A stretch of 64,000 nucleotides of DNA from the human T2T-CHM13v2.0 reference genome, Homo sapiens. The notes under the pieces are model-generated. The model saw nothing but the letters and a program-made list of their open reading frames with translations, made no database searches and was not told the origin of the DNA. Position 1 is the stretch's first letter. Each line of letters begins with the position of its first letter. A program made the translations under genes and the position numbers. Shown here one piece after another: positions 1 through 17,324 of the stretch. Location: the NCBI RefSeq assembly GCF_009914755.1, contig NC_060934.1. One strand, written 5' to 3'.

Positions 1-450
1 GGCTGGGGTATCAGGTGACCCGGCTCCCCACCGAGGTGACTAAAATCCCAGTGATGCTGATTATTTGGATTTCCTGGGCAGGGCCGGGCACCCGCCGCTG
101 GTGGGGCTTTGGATGCAACAATAATTAGTATTTTGACGATGCGATTCCGATCGCCCCACCAAGTAGGAGGTCCCACCCTGAGTAGGGAGCCCCGTGGGAA
201 CTGACCCGGCCACATTCCCAACTGCAGCGATTGTGAAATGGGCGCCCGGGCCCAGCCAGGGCGGGCTCCGAGGGAGGAGCGGGGCGGGGCGCGCAGAGGA
301 TGCTCCAGGAGGGCGGAGCGCTCACCCTTGCTCCGGGATCTCCTGGCTCAGGACAACCAACGTGGTCCTGAATCCACCCTGGACCTGCCCAGGATCTCAG
401 GCTGGGCGGCCTGGCTCTGCTCTGGCTACGGATGCGGGAGTGAAGTGACC
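1..450. promoter_or_regulatory. small GC/CpG-rich promoter- or enhancer-like patch
   Basis: Local CpG enrichment outside Alu; GC boxes GGGCGGG ~259, GGGGCGGGGCGCGC 281-294, GGGCGG 311. Confidence 0.5.
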
Positions 451-656
451 AGGGCAGAAAGGACATCTGAGGGGGTCACAGGGAAATGAAATCGTCCTTT
501 CCCCTTCCACTCACCCCTCCCGGCCCTTCCAAAGCACCATTAGAAATTGAAAGGTGCAAGGCCAGGAAAGACGCAGGGGCCAGTGCAGAGTCTCCTTTCA
601 TGGAGGTCCAAGGAGAAGTGAATTGCTCTACCCCAAGTTTCTATAAGAAATAACCA

Positions 657-1000
657 GGCTGGGCAAGGTGGCTCACACCTGTAATCTCAGCACTTTGGCA
701 GGACCAGGCAGGAGGATTGCTTGATCCCAGGAGTTCGAGACCAGCCTGAGCAACATATGAGACCCTGTCTCTATTAAAACAAACAAACAAACAAAAAAAG
801 AAACAAACTTTAAAAATTAGCCGGGTGTGGCAGTGCAAGCCTGTAGTCCCTGCTACTGGAGAGGCTGGGTTGGGAGGATTGCTTTAGCCTTAGGAGGTCA
901 AGGCTGCAGTGAGCCGTGATTGCACTCCTGCAATCCAGCCTGGGCGACAGAGCAAGACCCTGTCTCAATTTTAAAAAAAGAAAAAGAAGGAAAGAAATAG
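657..1000 (+). mobile_element. Alu (AluJ-like)
   Basis: Alu dimer with diverged J-type sequence. Confidence 0.85.
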
Positions 1001-1122
1001 CCAAACAAAGAGAACAGCTGGAGCTTTAGAAAGCACTGTCCCTAACACTGTGTGATTTCAATGACTCCAAAAGACTCTCTGACCCCCAGGTTCTCCTGTG
1101 ACTCACCTGAAATTCCTCCACA

Positions 1123-1559
<437 letters not shown>

Positions 1560-2539
1560 CTATGGCCTCTCAAGTACAGCTGTATTCTGTTTTTAAGGCA
1601 CTTGTACTGCAATCTCCAGTGGCCTTTGAAACAATGCTGTGAGCTGGGGGTACTGTTAGCTGTCTTTCCCATTCAACAGAGCAGGAAATGAAGGCTCAGA
1701 GAGGTTAAGTAACTTGCCCAAGGACACACAGTAAGTGCCCACGTACAGTTGAAATCATGGCACTCAGCTGCTTCCCACAGCCCAGCATTAACAGTGTGGT
1801 GTTCGTATTTTGGTCAACTAGTTTTTTTAAAGTATGAAACAAGTCTTTGGCTAAAGTTCTTATTTTTTCTTTCTTTTAGAAAATATTTTGTAGAGACTAT
1901 GTTGCCCAGGCTGTTCTCGAACTCCTGGTCTCAAGCAATCCTCCCAGTTCAGCCTCCCAAAATGCTGGGATTAACAGGCATGAGCAACCATGCCTGGCCC
2001 TTTGGCTCAGGTTTTGAGAAGACTTTTAGTAATACGAGAGAGAACACTTACTGTCTCTCATAAGCTTCACAACAGCCCTAAGCAAATAGCACCCTGTTTT
2101 ACAGGGGTAAAAACCCAAGGCTCAGAGATTTATTACATCCACTCAGTTGTGAGTACCTCCAGGGTAAGGAATGAAGTCGTGTCCATCTTTCTATGTATGA
2201 TCCATAACTTTATCTATGAATGTTGGTTGAGTATTTGCAGAGAGAGCCCTGCCAGATCATCTAATAAGGCCTGTGTGTTTTACAGATGAAAAAACTGAGG
2301 CCTGCAACAGGTAAGGGATATGACTGGATCACATAATTATGGCAGAACCTGGACCTCACATCTCCCAATTCTGTCTGCTGTCCTTTCCGGACAGTCACTC
2401 ATTTATCCAACTACAGGAACTGAGCTGACATACCTCCATATGCTGGGCTCTAAGAACAAAAACAGTAGGGAGAGGATAGGGACACACTTGCTTTGAGGGA
2501 GGGTTCCAAAAACCTCAGTATTCAAAACACATGATATTT

Positions 2540-2838
2540 TATTTTACTTTATTTTTGAGACATGGTCTCACTTTGTCACCCAGGCTGGAGTGCAGTGTCG
2601 CAATCACAACTCGTTGCAGCCTCGACCTTCTGGGCCTAAGTGATCCTCCCGCCTCTATCTCCCAGGGAGCTGGTACTATAGGCACATGCCACCATGCCCA
2701 GCTAATTTTTGTATTTTCTGTAGAGATGGAGTTTTGCCATGTTGCCCAGGCTGTTTTCAAACTCCTGAGCTCAAGCAATTCACCCACCTTAGCCTCCCAA
2801 AGTGCTGGGATTACAGGGGTGAACCACTGCGCCTGGCC
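2540..2838 (-). mobile_element. Alu (AluJ-like)
   Basis: Antisense Alu dimer. Confidence 0.85.
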
Positions 2839-3482
2839 CAAAATAACATAATATTGTAATGCAATATTTTAAAAAATCAAATTAGGAAATGATATCCCAC
2901 AGGCCTGCAGCCTAGTTTTTTTTTTTAATTTTAAATTTAAATTTTACTTTAACATCTGCATGCACAAGGCAAGTTGCAGCCTGTTTTTATAAATAAAGTT
3001 TTATTAAGAGTAAATCTCAGTCCTTGTTTTGAGGAGCCACAGTTTACTCTGGGGAGACAGACTTGAATAGGGTATATGTAATCCTCTGTGATTATCCTCA
3101 GGCAGCAAGCAGGGGCTGAGGGGAAGCCTTTGAAGCAGGGAGGGAAATGTGCAGAGTCCCAGCTGTGTGGGCTCATTGCAGCAAAACTCGTTGGTGTAGG
3201 AAAAACAGGGGCGGGAGCCAAGGGAGGAAGTGGTGAGTGACCAGGTCTCAGAGATTAAGGGGAGGACATGGGGACGGTGGAGAGATCACCAGGCTGAGAA
3301 TGTCCCATAAAGGTTTTGGACTTGACACCATAGACATGGCTAACTCCGGCTGACACTGAAACTGGGGAAATCAAACACAAACCGAGGGGTATTTAAAATA
3401 TATTTAGAAATATATTTCTATATATTATAAAATATATTCAGAAATACATTTAAAACCACAATGATAGAAAGTAATAAAAGAA

Positions 3483-3790
3483 GCTGAGCATGGTGGCTCA
3501 CGCTTGTAATCCCAGCACTTTGGGAGGGCAAGATAGGTGGATCACATGAGGTCAGGAGTTCAAGACCAGCCTGGCCAGCATGGTGAAACCCCGTCTCTGC
3601 TAAAAATACAAAAAGTAGCCGGGCATGGTGGCGCGCTTCTGTAGTCCCAGCTACTCTGGAAGCTGAGGCATGACAGTCGCTGGAAGCTGAGGCATGACAG
3701 TCGCTTGAACCTGGGAGGCGGAGGTTATAGTGAGCTGAGATCGTGCCACTGCACTCCAGCCTGGAGGACACAGCAAGACTCTGTCTCAAA
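3483..3790 (+). mobile_element. Alu (AluS-like) with internal 24-bp tandem duplication
   Basis: Alu dimer; ctggaagctgaggcatgacagtcg x2 at 3656-3703. Confidence 0.88.
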
Positions 3791-3824
3791 AAGAAAGGAA
3801 GGAAGGAAGGAAGGAAGGAAGGAA

Positions 3825-3890
<66 letters not shown>

Positions 3891-3932
3891 GAAAGAAAGA
3901 CGGAAGGAAGGAAGGAAGGAAGGAAGGAAGGA
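3790..3932 (+). repeat. compound (GAAG)n-(GAAA)n-(GAAG)n microsatellite derived from the Alu tail
   Basis: Directly visible purine tandem repeats. Confidence 0.95.
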
Positions 3933-4879
3933 GAAATCAAGTCATAAAAGACTACTGAACCTTAAAAAATGATAATAATAATAATAATAGGAAAGAAAAA
4001 AAAACTCACAATGAATGTGTTTGGTGGTTGGTCCCTCCATGTACTGGGGACATTTGCCCACCTGTAGTCCTTTGCCCCCAGCCTTGTGCTCTGGAGGTCT
4101 CACCCGTGACTGGACCCTTCCTAAAGGTAAAAGCTGCCCCAAGCTGCTACTGCCTTGGTTGAACTGCTGGAAGCCAGGGAAACCCTCGGCAGGACATAAG
4201 CTGCCAAGGAATTCTCTTCATTTCTTGAGAATATTATAGGATGCATATTTAAAGATATCCCATGTAAATCACTTAGAAGAGAGGCTGGCAGAAAATAAAT
4301 ACTCAGAAAACTTTCTGTTATTATGTTCTGTTTATTATTAAAGTACTTTTTATAATTTTCTAGAAAGAGTTATGGTTTGAAAGACCCTTCCTTATGTTTA
4401 AAGGACACTGTCCCCTTCCCCATATGTCTGTGGCAATTGTTGATGGTTATAGAAGTATCTGCTAGATCAGGATGTGGGCTGACAGCTGAGAGGGTGTGAT
4501 GTTTGGGAGAGATTAAAGTCCTGGGGGGAGGTTTAATCCAGGAGGCCTTCCTGGAGGTGGAGGAGAGTTGAGGGCAGAGTTTTAAAAGGATACTGTTGAC
4601 AAGATGAATGGAAGCATTATGAATGGCATGACATCTGGAAAATGGAGCAATTTTGCCTACCTGGTGTGAGAATTAATTGATATATCACAAACGTAAAATG
4701 ATTGGCACATAACAAGGACCCAGTGAAGGTCGATGATGAAGAAGGAGGAGGAGGGGAGGGGGCAGAGAAAAAGAGAAAGGGGCTGAGCAGGAGACCCTTG
4801 TTCTAGGTACGGCTGTGCCTCTGGTTAGCTATGTGAGACCTTGGGGACATCATGCCCCTCTTGACACCTCAGATTTCTT

Positions 4880-5575
<696 letters not shown>

Positions 5576-6809
5576 TAAGATAAAATGACAGTCATTGTTT
5601 ATTGCCACTTACTTTATACCAGTCTCTCTTATAAGCCATGTACATGTAACATCTCACTTGATTTTCGCAGTGACCCCATTCATGGATTCTACTAGTATTC
5701 TCATTATATTGTTAAGAAAACAGAGGCTCAGAGAAGTAAGGTAACCTGTCCAAATGGTTGATCGAGTAAGCAAGTTTCCCGACTGCAGGAAGGCAGAGAG
5801 ATGCTGCCTCCTGGGGGCTGTCCCTTTCTACAGAGAAGCATTTTCTTCATGACTGAGATCGGGGGTGGCCCCAGTTCCCTGGAGACACCAGTGTTGCAGG
5901 AGGCTACTCTTCTTCCTGATTTCACTGCCCAGTTCTGTGGCAGCTCCAACCCATAACTTGAATGTCCCCCCACCCACACACACACCCCCACCTCAGCACA
6001 GTGACTTTCCCCCAAGGCTGTGTCACGCTTAACAGATGACACTCAGGGAAAGGCTCTGTGGTTGAATCACAGTGACCACTTCCTGTTCCATTCAGGGTCC
6101 CTTGTTCTCCAGAGCCCTCACTCTGCCATGCCCTATTTAGTAAATGCCACAAAGTTTATGACTCCTGGACTGCTAGGGGGGCTTAGTCACCCCTTCCTAT
6201 ACCCTGATTCTACTAGACTTAGAAGCATCAACTCTCAGTTTCTGCACCATTTCACTACCTTGCAACAGGAGCCTGGTGGGACACCCCGTTTGTCCCGGGG
6301 CTGCACAAGTAGGCAAAAGGACGATCTCCATTCCTCTAGACTGGTGATGTAAGGCTGACCGGACAGGTGGGCAGACGTCCAAACCTCAGCCATGAAGTAA
6401 GGGAGGTAGTCACTGACCCGGTGGGCTCCTCAGAGGCACCTACTCACTGGATGTTGTTGTCTGCAAGCACATGGGTCAGAACACCAAGTGGAAAGAAATG
6501 CCAAGGGGGTTATATGTCTTTGAGGGAAACCCCAATTCTCTTTCATTTGCTCAGAAATGCCTTCCTGGAGGCTGACAGCTGTAGCTAATGTTGAGTCCTA
6601 GAGCCGAGGGAGTCATTAGATACTAGGGGGCCATCCGGAAGAGGAGACTTCCTCTGGGTAAATGCACAGAGCAAAATCTAGGACCATCACGGCTGGATTA
6701 AGATCTTTAGCAGTACTCAACCTCTAAAGATTATGCTACAAGTATTTCTTGCCCCACACAAATCATCATAGATAACATAAAATAAAACAATCTAAATCCT
6801 AAAAATAAG

Positions 6810-8830
<2,021 letters not shown>

Positions 8831-10300
8831 AACAAGCATAAGGAAGTCCAGTAATGTTCTGATTATTTCCATCATGACCACTTCAGTCCTTTTTTGTCAG
8901 TGTCTTTTTTTTCTCACTTTCTGTCGCCTCCACTTTGCTGGTGCCATTGCCCCGTAGGGTCTACCCGTTGGATAATCCTGCAGTGAATAGAAGTGACTGG
9001 ACCACATGTGTTGGCTAATATAGGGAAGATCTTTCTAATGATTTATGTTGTGTGACCACTAAGTGGGCTTCCCAGGGAGGAAGTGCCCAGTCACTGTTGT
9101 GTTCCCACAGAGGCCAGAATTCCCTACGATGGGGACAAGATGTGTGAGAATCTGGAAAGAAAGTGGCTTACCCTATAAAGTCTTTTCTGGTCTGATGATG
9201 CTAGGGTGGGCATTCCAAGTACTTTGGAAGGAACTGCAAAGGCCTGCTCCAGGCTGGGGGGAGTCACAGGCTGTGGGATGGGCCTCTGGGGTCTTTTTGG
9301 GGACTTTGAGGAGAAGAGTTACCGTTTTCTCCAGGAAGGCAAGCTTACCCCTGCCTTGGAGGTCTTGGACCAGCCCTGCAGCTACATCTGGAAAACCAGC
9401 CACACTGTCACAAGATAGCACCAGGGATGACTGGATTAGGACCAACTGGGGGGCACCAAGGGGATTTTAGCCACCAATCAGAGCACTCTGTGTTCAGTCC
9501 CATTTACACGTATGTTCCCCTGTGCTCAACTATGAGCTCCTTGAAAGGCACGACTGCCTTATTGGTTCTTGTATCCCTGGTGCTGGCCCTTGGTTGAATT
9601 AATTGAATGAATAAAGTCAGGAAGAATGAAATGGCGTATTTCTTTAAGGCAGTATATAAATGCACATTCTATAAACAATAAATAAAATGCCTTCCAATTG
9701 TTTAGTGACTTTGCACAAGGATACTCAGGATACTGGTTATGTGTTCACTTCTGGAGAGGCGGGCCAGAGGACGAGGGTCTTGGGTGAGAGGGACACTATT
9801 CATCACTTAATGCCATTTTTATCATGTATATGTATTAGTTATAGAAACTAAAATAAAAACACTGGGGTTAAAAAGTTCCCAAAGTGCTTCCAGCAACACA
9901 ATAGGTGATTTAAGTGGCGTATCAGAGTACTGGATGTTGCAAGTGTGTGGTGCTTCTTAGAAGAGGCTCTTGACCTTTCTCTCAGATTTATAGACTTTCA
10001 GTTTACAAACCCTTTGCATAACACTGAAATGTTTACTTTCCAGTATAGAGCTCAGGAAACTCATCAATTAAAATGAAACTTAGGCTGGTGATAAGGGCAG
10101 GCAAGAACACTATCCCCCAAGAGAGGAGTCAGAGAAACAACTCTGTTTCATTTTGGGTGCAACAATTGACAGCCACAAAAGGAACCAAGAGCTATTGGCA
10201 AAAGATTATATTGTATTCACCTTTTTTTTTCTTTTCTTTCTTTCTTTCTTTTTTTTTAAGAAAGTGAGACAAATACTGCTTAGTTAAAATCAGCTCTTCC

Positions 10301-10583
10301 AGGCTGGGCAATGTGCCTATGCCTGTAACCCCAGCACTTTGGGAGGCCAAGGCAGGAGTTCAAGACCAGCCTGGGTGACACAGAGATCCCATCCCTACAG
10401 ATAATTTAAAAATTAGCCAGGTGTTGTGGTGTACACCTGTGGTCTCGGCTACTTGGCACAGTAGCCGAGACCACAGTAGCTGAGGTGGAGGTCCAGGCTG
10501 CAGTGAGCCATGATCGCACCACTGCACTCCAGCCCAAGCGACAGAACAAGACCCTGTCTCAAAAATAAAATAAAATAAAAAAA
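10301..10583 (+). mobile_element. Alu (AluJ-like) with internal inverted rearrangement
   Basis: Alu sequence with aaaatcagct TSD-like flanks. Confidence 0.85.
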
Positions 10584-11688
10584 TCAGCTACTCCAGATAA
10601 GCCATATATACCTTGAGATAGGGCAGTTAAGTGAAGAGAGTTAACTGTTGGGCCCAGCTAAGTTCTAAATTCCCGGAAGCCTTTCTTAAAGTCTACAAAG
10701 TAGACTTCACCAATGCCAAGAAGTTTGCAATCCATGGGGAAGAGAGGAGTTCCACTTCAAGGACCAGTGAGGGGCCACAGAGTTTTCCTGAGGTCCTCTC
10801 ACAGACTCCACGGCTAAACCCATATTCCCTTTGGCCATCTGTGTTAACACAGGACAGGTTGACTTTGGGGCATCAAAGTCATCAAACTGTCTGGACCTTG
10901 ATTTCCTCAAAGTCAATTGGAAATTAAAATTCCCACACTTTGTTCTGTATCCTGATTGAGATGCTGTTTACAGGAATCTATACATATGTTAAAATGCATA
11001 GAACCATACATCAGAAGAAAAAAAGTCAAACGTTCCTATATGATCATTTAAAAACTTAAAAAAAATTGTATGCTTAAGGATCATGTGAGAATTAAGTAAG
11101 AAGCTTCTTACACAGCATCCTTGTTTACCTGTTTATTTATCTCTGTCACCCAATACAAAGCCTAGCCTACAGTAGACATTCACCAAGTAATGTATTTGTT
11201 GGATGAATGAATGAATGAATGAATATGGAAAAGAGCAGAGTGCTGACCCCAAACAGGCACTCAATAGTTGTCCATTTCTGTCCCCTTCCCTTTAGTCATT
11301 TCAGGTAACAGGACATAGTGCAGATGTTCAGAAAATACTAACAGCTTGCTCATGTCTCTGATCACCCAGGCAACTTTTGACTTAAGGGGAAAGAAAAGGC
11401 AACTTCTGGCAGCCTGCTTTGATTAATAATAAATAGGAGCTGTATCAGGCTTTAATATGATCCTTACAACAACACAGAAAATTAGGCCGTGGTACCTCTT
11501 CCTGCTTTATAGATTAGGAAAATGAGGCCTGAGGAGTTTAAGCCACCTCCTTAAATCTCTCAATGTTAAGTGCTGGAGCCAGGAATCCAACCCAAAGTAC
11601 AGTGGAGATATAGATAGATATAGTTCGATTTATCTATCTCTATATATATGCAGATAGATGTATCTATATTGATCTATAGATAGATACA

Positions 11689-12414
<726 letters not shown>

Positions 12415-12420
<6 letters not shown>

Positions 12421-12665
12421 TATATATTTATATATCCATACAAATACATATAATATATAAAAATACACATGTATTATGTATGTATATAATACATGTTATG
12501 AATATGACATATACACATGTAATACACATGTATATTACACATGTACATATACATATATACATACATAATAAATACAAGAATATATATTTTATATAAATAC
12601 ACATGTATTATGTATGTGTATATAATACATTGTTTATACATGCACACACAACACACACATATATT
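12415..12665. repeat. TA/CA-rich low-complexity tract
   Basis: Degenerate (TA)n/(TACA)n. Confidence 0.85.
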
Positions 12666-14325
12666 TTCTGCCAAATTTGCACGAGGAAACAAAGGGTACC
12701 TGTGGGCTCAACAGAAGCAATTTCTTCTAGGTTTCCCCACAGGCAGGGGCAGGGAGAGTTACCTGGCTGATTTCCTATGACCACAGATTAATTCAGCCCA
12801 CATTGACGGAATATCTTCTCCATGCCAAGCACCGTGCTAAGTGGTGTGGGTACCGAGTCCCGTCAGACACGTACCTTTCCTTGGTCAACTTGAGCATTGG
12901 AAACTGAACATTCCTCCCAATGCCCTGGGTTAACATATGCTGGGGCATCATCCAGCTGCTGGTATGTACCAAAGATAGAGCTTCTTTCAAATGACCCACT
13001 CCCTTCACTGGAGGCCAGAGTGAAGGAGGCTGAGCAGGAAACCAGCCAGGCTAGCCGGAGCCCACAAGCATGGCCTCGGGTCTGGCTCTATGTTAATCCA
13101 CCAGTTCCTACAGCCCTAATCAGATCCTGAGAGACCAATTTATTCTAAGTAATCAACAAGAATGGGAATAATGAAACAGGAAATGAATGTGTTAGTTTAT
13201 AAGCCAATTCCTTGAGTCCAGCAGCAACAAGATTACTGCTGCTGCACTACTGTTCTCTCCTGATGGATGAGGCAAGTTGAGACCACTGCATAAGCAAAAG
13301 GTTGCTCAGAACGTAGAAAGACCACAAAGGGACGTGGGAATTATTTAGAGGGAGGCTAGTGGTATAGTAAAAAGAGGGTGGTCAGATGAAATTGGTTGGA
13401 AATCATGGCTCCAGTACTTACTATGTGACTTTGGGCAAGTTACCTAAAAGTCTGTGTCAGTTTCTCCACAAATAAAATGGGCACCATAACACCTAACTCA
13501 CACAGCTGTTTTAAAGAGTAAATGAGATAACGTATGGAAAAGTCCAGGCACAAACTAGATATCACCAAATGCTCACTTCCTTTTAATTATTTTTATAGAT
13601 AATTTTCAACTGCAAGGTGATACATCATGTTAATTACTGAATATGGAAAATGTTTGATAAGCCAAAAGGAAAAAACTAAAATCTCCCACAATTCCATCAG
13701 CCAGAGATAACTGTTAGTAGCATTGGTGGACTGGGGAGAAGAGCATTTTATCAAGGCTCAAAGTAGGAAATTTGGTCCTTGGGACAAATAGCAGGAAATG
13801 AGAGCTCAGATCAAAGGAAGGGCACCCCGGAGGAAGGAGATGTGGTACAAGCAAAGGCATTGGTCACTCATGTGCCTTGGCTCACTGGCCTGTGTCACTC
13901 CAACCTCTGCTTCTGTCGTCACCTCTATTTTCCCAACTCCCCTGTCTTCTTCTTTCCCTTATCAGGACTCTTGTGATTACGCTGGGCCACTCCAGATGAT
14001 CCAGGATAATCTCCCCATCTCAAAATCCTGAACTGAATCAGTTTTGTCATGTAAGGTTTCATATTCATAGGTTCTAGGAATTAGGGTGTGGACATTTGGG
14101 GGATTATTATTCTGCCCACCTCACCTGGGCAAGCCACTTTCTCTGGCCTGAGTTTCCTTATCTGCAGACCATGAGTCTCTGACACAAAACTCTTCACGAT
14201 CCCTTCCAGGTTTTGCTGGTGGAAATATTTTGAGTGAAATCCAGGGGGACTGAGGTATAGAAACTGTACTCAATTTCTTATGGGTTTCCTTACTTCCTCC
14301 TCTAGAACTATACTCTCTCCTCTGA

Positions 14326-14687
<362 letters not shown>

Positions 14688-17142
14688 TGTATGTAAGCTT
14701 TTATTCATTGAAGGAGCCTGCATAGAGTGCTTACTATGTGCCAGGCCCTGTTCTAAGCAGATATGAAACCACTGAACTTTCCCTAATAGCCCTATGAACC
14801 AAGTGCTATTGCTATCCTTATTTTATAGAGGCACAGAGAGGTTAAGTATATCTTGCACAAGATCACAGAGTGGCAGGACTGAGGTCAAACTTCAGCTGTC
14901 TGGCTCCAGAATCTGTATTCTTAACCACTGGCCACCCAGCATCTCATCAAAGCCCTTGACCACAGTCATGAGGCTATTGCTTAAGTCTCTTCTCCTAGAC
15001 TGTGGGCAGCTCAAGAGCAGGAGTCTTGTCTAACTCTGTGAATCCCAGCTCTGATAACAGCCTAGTACACAAATAAACCAAAATATAAGCATACTACTTA
15101 TCTACTTGAGAGCCTCTTGATTAGGGCCATGATTGCAGGACATAATAATAAACATTTATGGGACACTTCAAAAGAAAACATAATCCTCATGCCAGCACTG
15201 GGAAGGAGGTACTATTATGATCTTCATTTTACAGACTAGGAAACTGCAGCAGAAAGAAAAAAGCTAAGTAATGTGCCCAAGGTCAGGAACTGGATTTGAG
15301 TTGAGAGCTGCTTGACTTCCAAGCTTGCATTGTGAAGGTGAGCATGAACTCCTTGAGGGCTGCAATTTTAAAGTTAGAACCAAGTTTGACTCTGGACAAC
15401 CACAGAGAGGAACAAAAAAATGAACATTTTACTGGACAATGCAATATGCCAGGTTCTGGTGCCAGGTGCTTAACATAACTCAGGTAGTCCTCAGAACAAC
15501 CTGGTTGTTCCGTTTCACAGATGAGAAAACGGAGGTTTAGAGAGACTAAGTGAGTTTCCCAAAGTCTACTGGGAGAGCCAAAACTGGGTATAATTCCACA
15601 ATTCATCAACTTTCCACTATTACTAAGCTGCTGGGCCTCAGTTCTCTCATTTGAAAAGATGGAGTCCAGCTCAGCTTTTTTTTTTTTTAAACAACATTAA
15701 GTGTGTGCTTATTGTGTGCCAGGCACTGTGCTAAGAACTTCACATTTATTATGTAATTTCATCCTCATAACATTCCCTGAGGTGCTATATACTATTAGTA
15801 TTATTTCTACTTTACAAATAGAGAAACTGAGCCTCAGACAGACATATGTTGTTAACAGAGCGACTCTGAGGCCCAGCCCGAGTTTAACTGAAGCTTGTTA
15901 GAATCATAAGCCAGACTCTTGCCTATTTTCCTGTGCGGCCTCCAGCAGTCTCTGGCAGCCTTTGGAGTGAGGACATCCTGTGTTCCTCCAGAATCAGAAC
16001 AAGGCTGGGATGGACGTGGGATGAGTTCCTCAGTGCGTGGGCCTCTCTTCCTTTGGATTTCAAAGACTCACTTCAGTGAAGTCCTGTCAAAGTCAAAAGG
16101 TGACATTGAATGGACAGTCGGCCCAGGCTCAGAGTCCAGTCCTGGCACCTCAAGGGCTTGGCTATTTCCTCTGATCCTGTTGTCAAGGCAACCTTGGATC
16201 CCTTTGTGGTTCTGTGGTTATTCTCCCTCTTGTGTCCTTGTCTTCCTACGGTTTCAAGAGAATACTTTAGAGACAGCGGCTCCAAATGGCCTACTTGTCA
16301 CTGATTGAAGGAGATGCTGACTTGAGATAAAAACAGTTCCTAGGACCCTTCAAGGCCTCAACTAGAAAAGGCAATTCTCTGTAAACACGTTGAGGGCAGA
16401 GGTTGTCTGTCTTATCATAGCTGTACCCCAGCACCTCACAGGATGCCTGGAACAGAGTAGGTGCTCAGTTAACGTTAAGCAAATACATGAATGAATGAAT
16501 GAATGAACTGATTATGCAAACGAGCTCCCTAAGCTTTTCAGGGGTTGAAAAACTGGGGCAGAGTGATGGGCTAAGATATGTGGCAGAACTAAGAATAAAA
16601 GTGCATGTGTGTGTGTGAGTGTGGGTCCCACGGCAAAGGCTCCACAACCCCTGTGATGCATTGGCCTGTGTACCTCCACCTCTCCTCTCCACGTCTTGTG
16701 AGCTAGAGCTGTTGGTTGGGTATAGACAGTTCCTGCCCACGCCAGGCTAAAGAAGCAATCTCTCTCTCTTTCTCTTCCTCCCACCCCCGTAAATTGTGGC
16801 AAAATACACATAACACAAAATTTACCATCTTAAGCATTTTTAAACGTATGTTGATGTTATTATGCAACTAATCTCCAGGACTCTTCATCATGCAAAGCTA
16901 TCTCTTTAATCTTGTGTCCATCCCAATTTTACCTACTATTTTGAATTTTAGCTACAAATAGACCCTGGGTTTTGACCTCTGTATTGAGTCTTAGTGTGTT
17001 ACAGGACAGTATTGGCGACCAACAAATGTTCACTGGGTAATTGATCTTACTCTGTGTTTTATTTTTTTCCTGCGTGCTTCAATTTCTCGGTTTACAAGCA
17101 ATTTTGGCTTTGTGATGCATCCCACAATTACAAGAACTTCTT

Positions 17143-17160
17143 CACCGCCCTCTAGTGGTA
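17143..17160 (-). promoter_or_regulatory. CTCF binding motif
   Basis: Minus strand reads TACCACTAGAGGGCGGTG, matching the CTCF core CCACYAGRKGGCR; lies in non-repeat sequence. Confidence 0.7.
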
Positions 17161-17324
17161 AAGATGAAGATGTGACACTCAGAATAACCATTCGCCTTTC
17201 CTGCTGATGTTGAACATGGCCCCTTTTTTTCTGATAACTCGCTGGACTTTATATAATCCAAAATTGTGATTGCTCCAAAGTTGGCAGTTCATCCTCACTT
17301 TACAGATAAAGTTGACCTGTAGAA

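Noticed and set aside
3405-3420. 16-bp palindrome TAGAAATATATTTCTA
   Set aside because: Lies in AT-rich low-complexity sequence where such palindromes arise by chance.
3705-3958. KERK/EGRK- and FLSF-repeat ORFs
   Set aside because: Translations of the GAAA/GAAG microsatellite.
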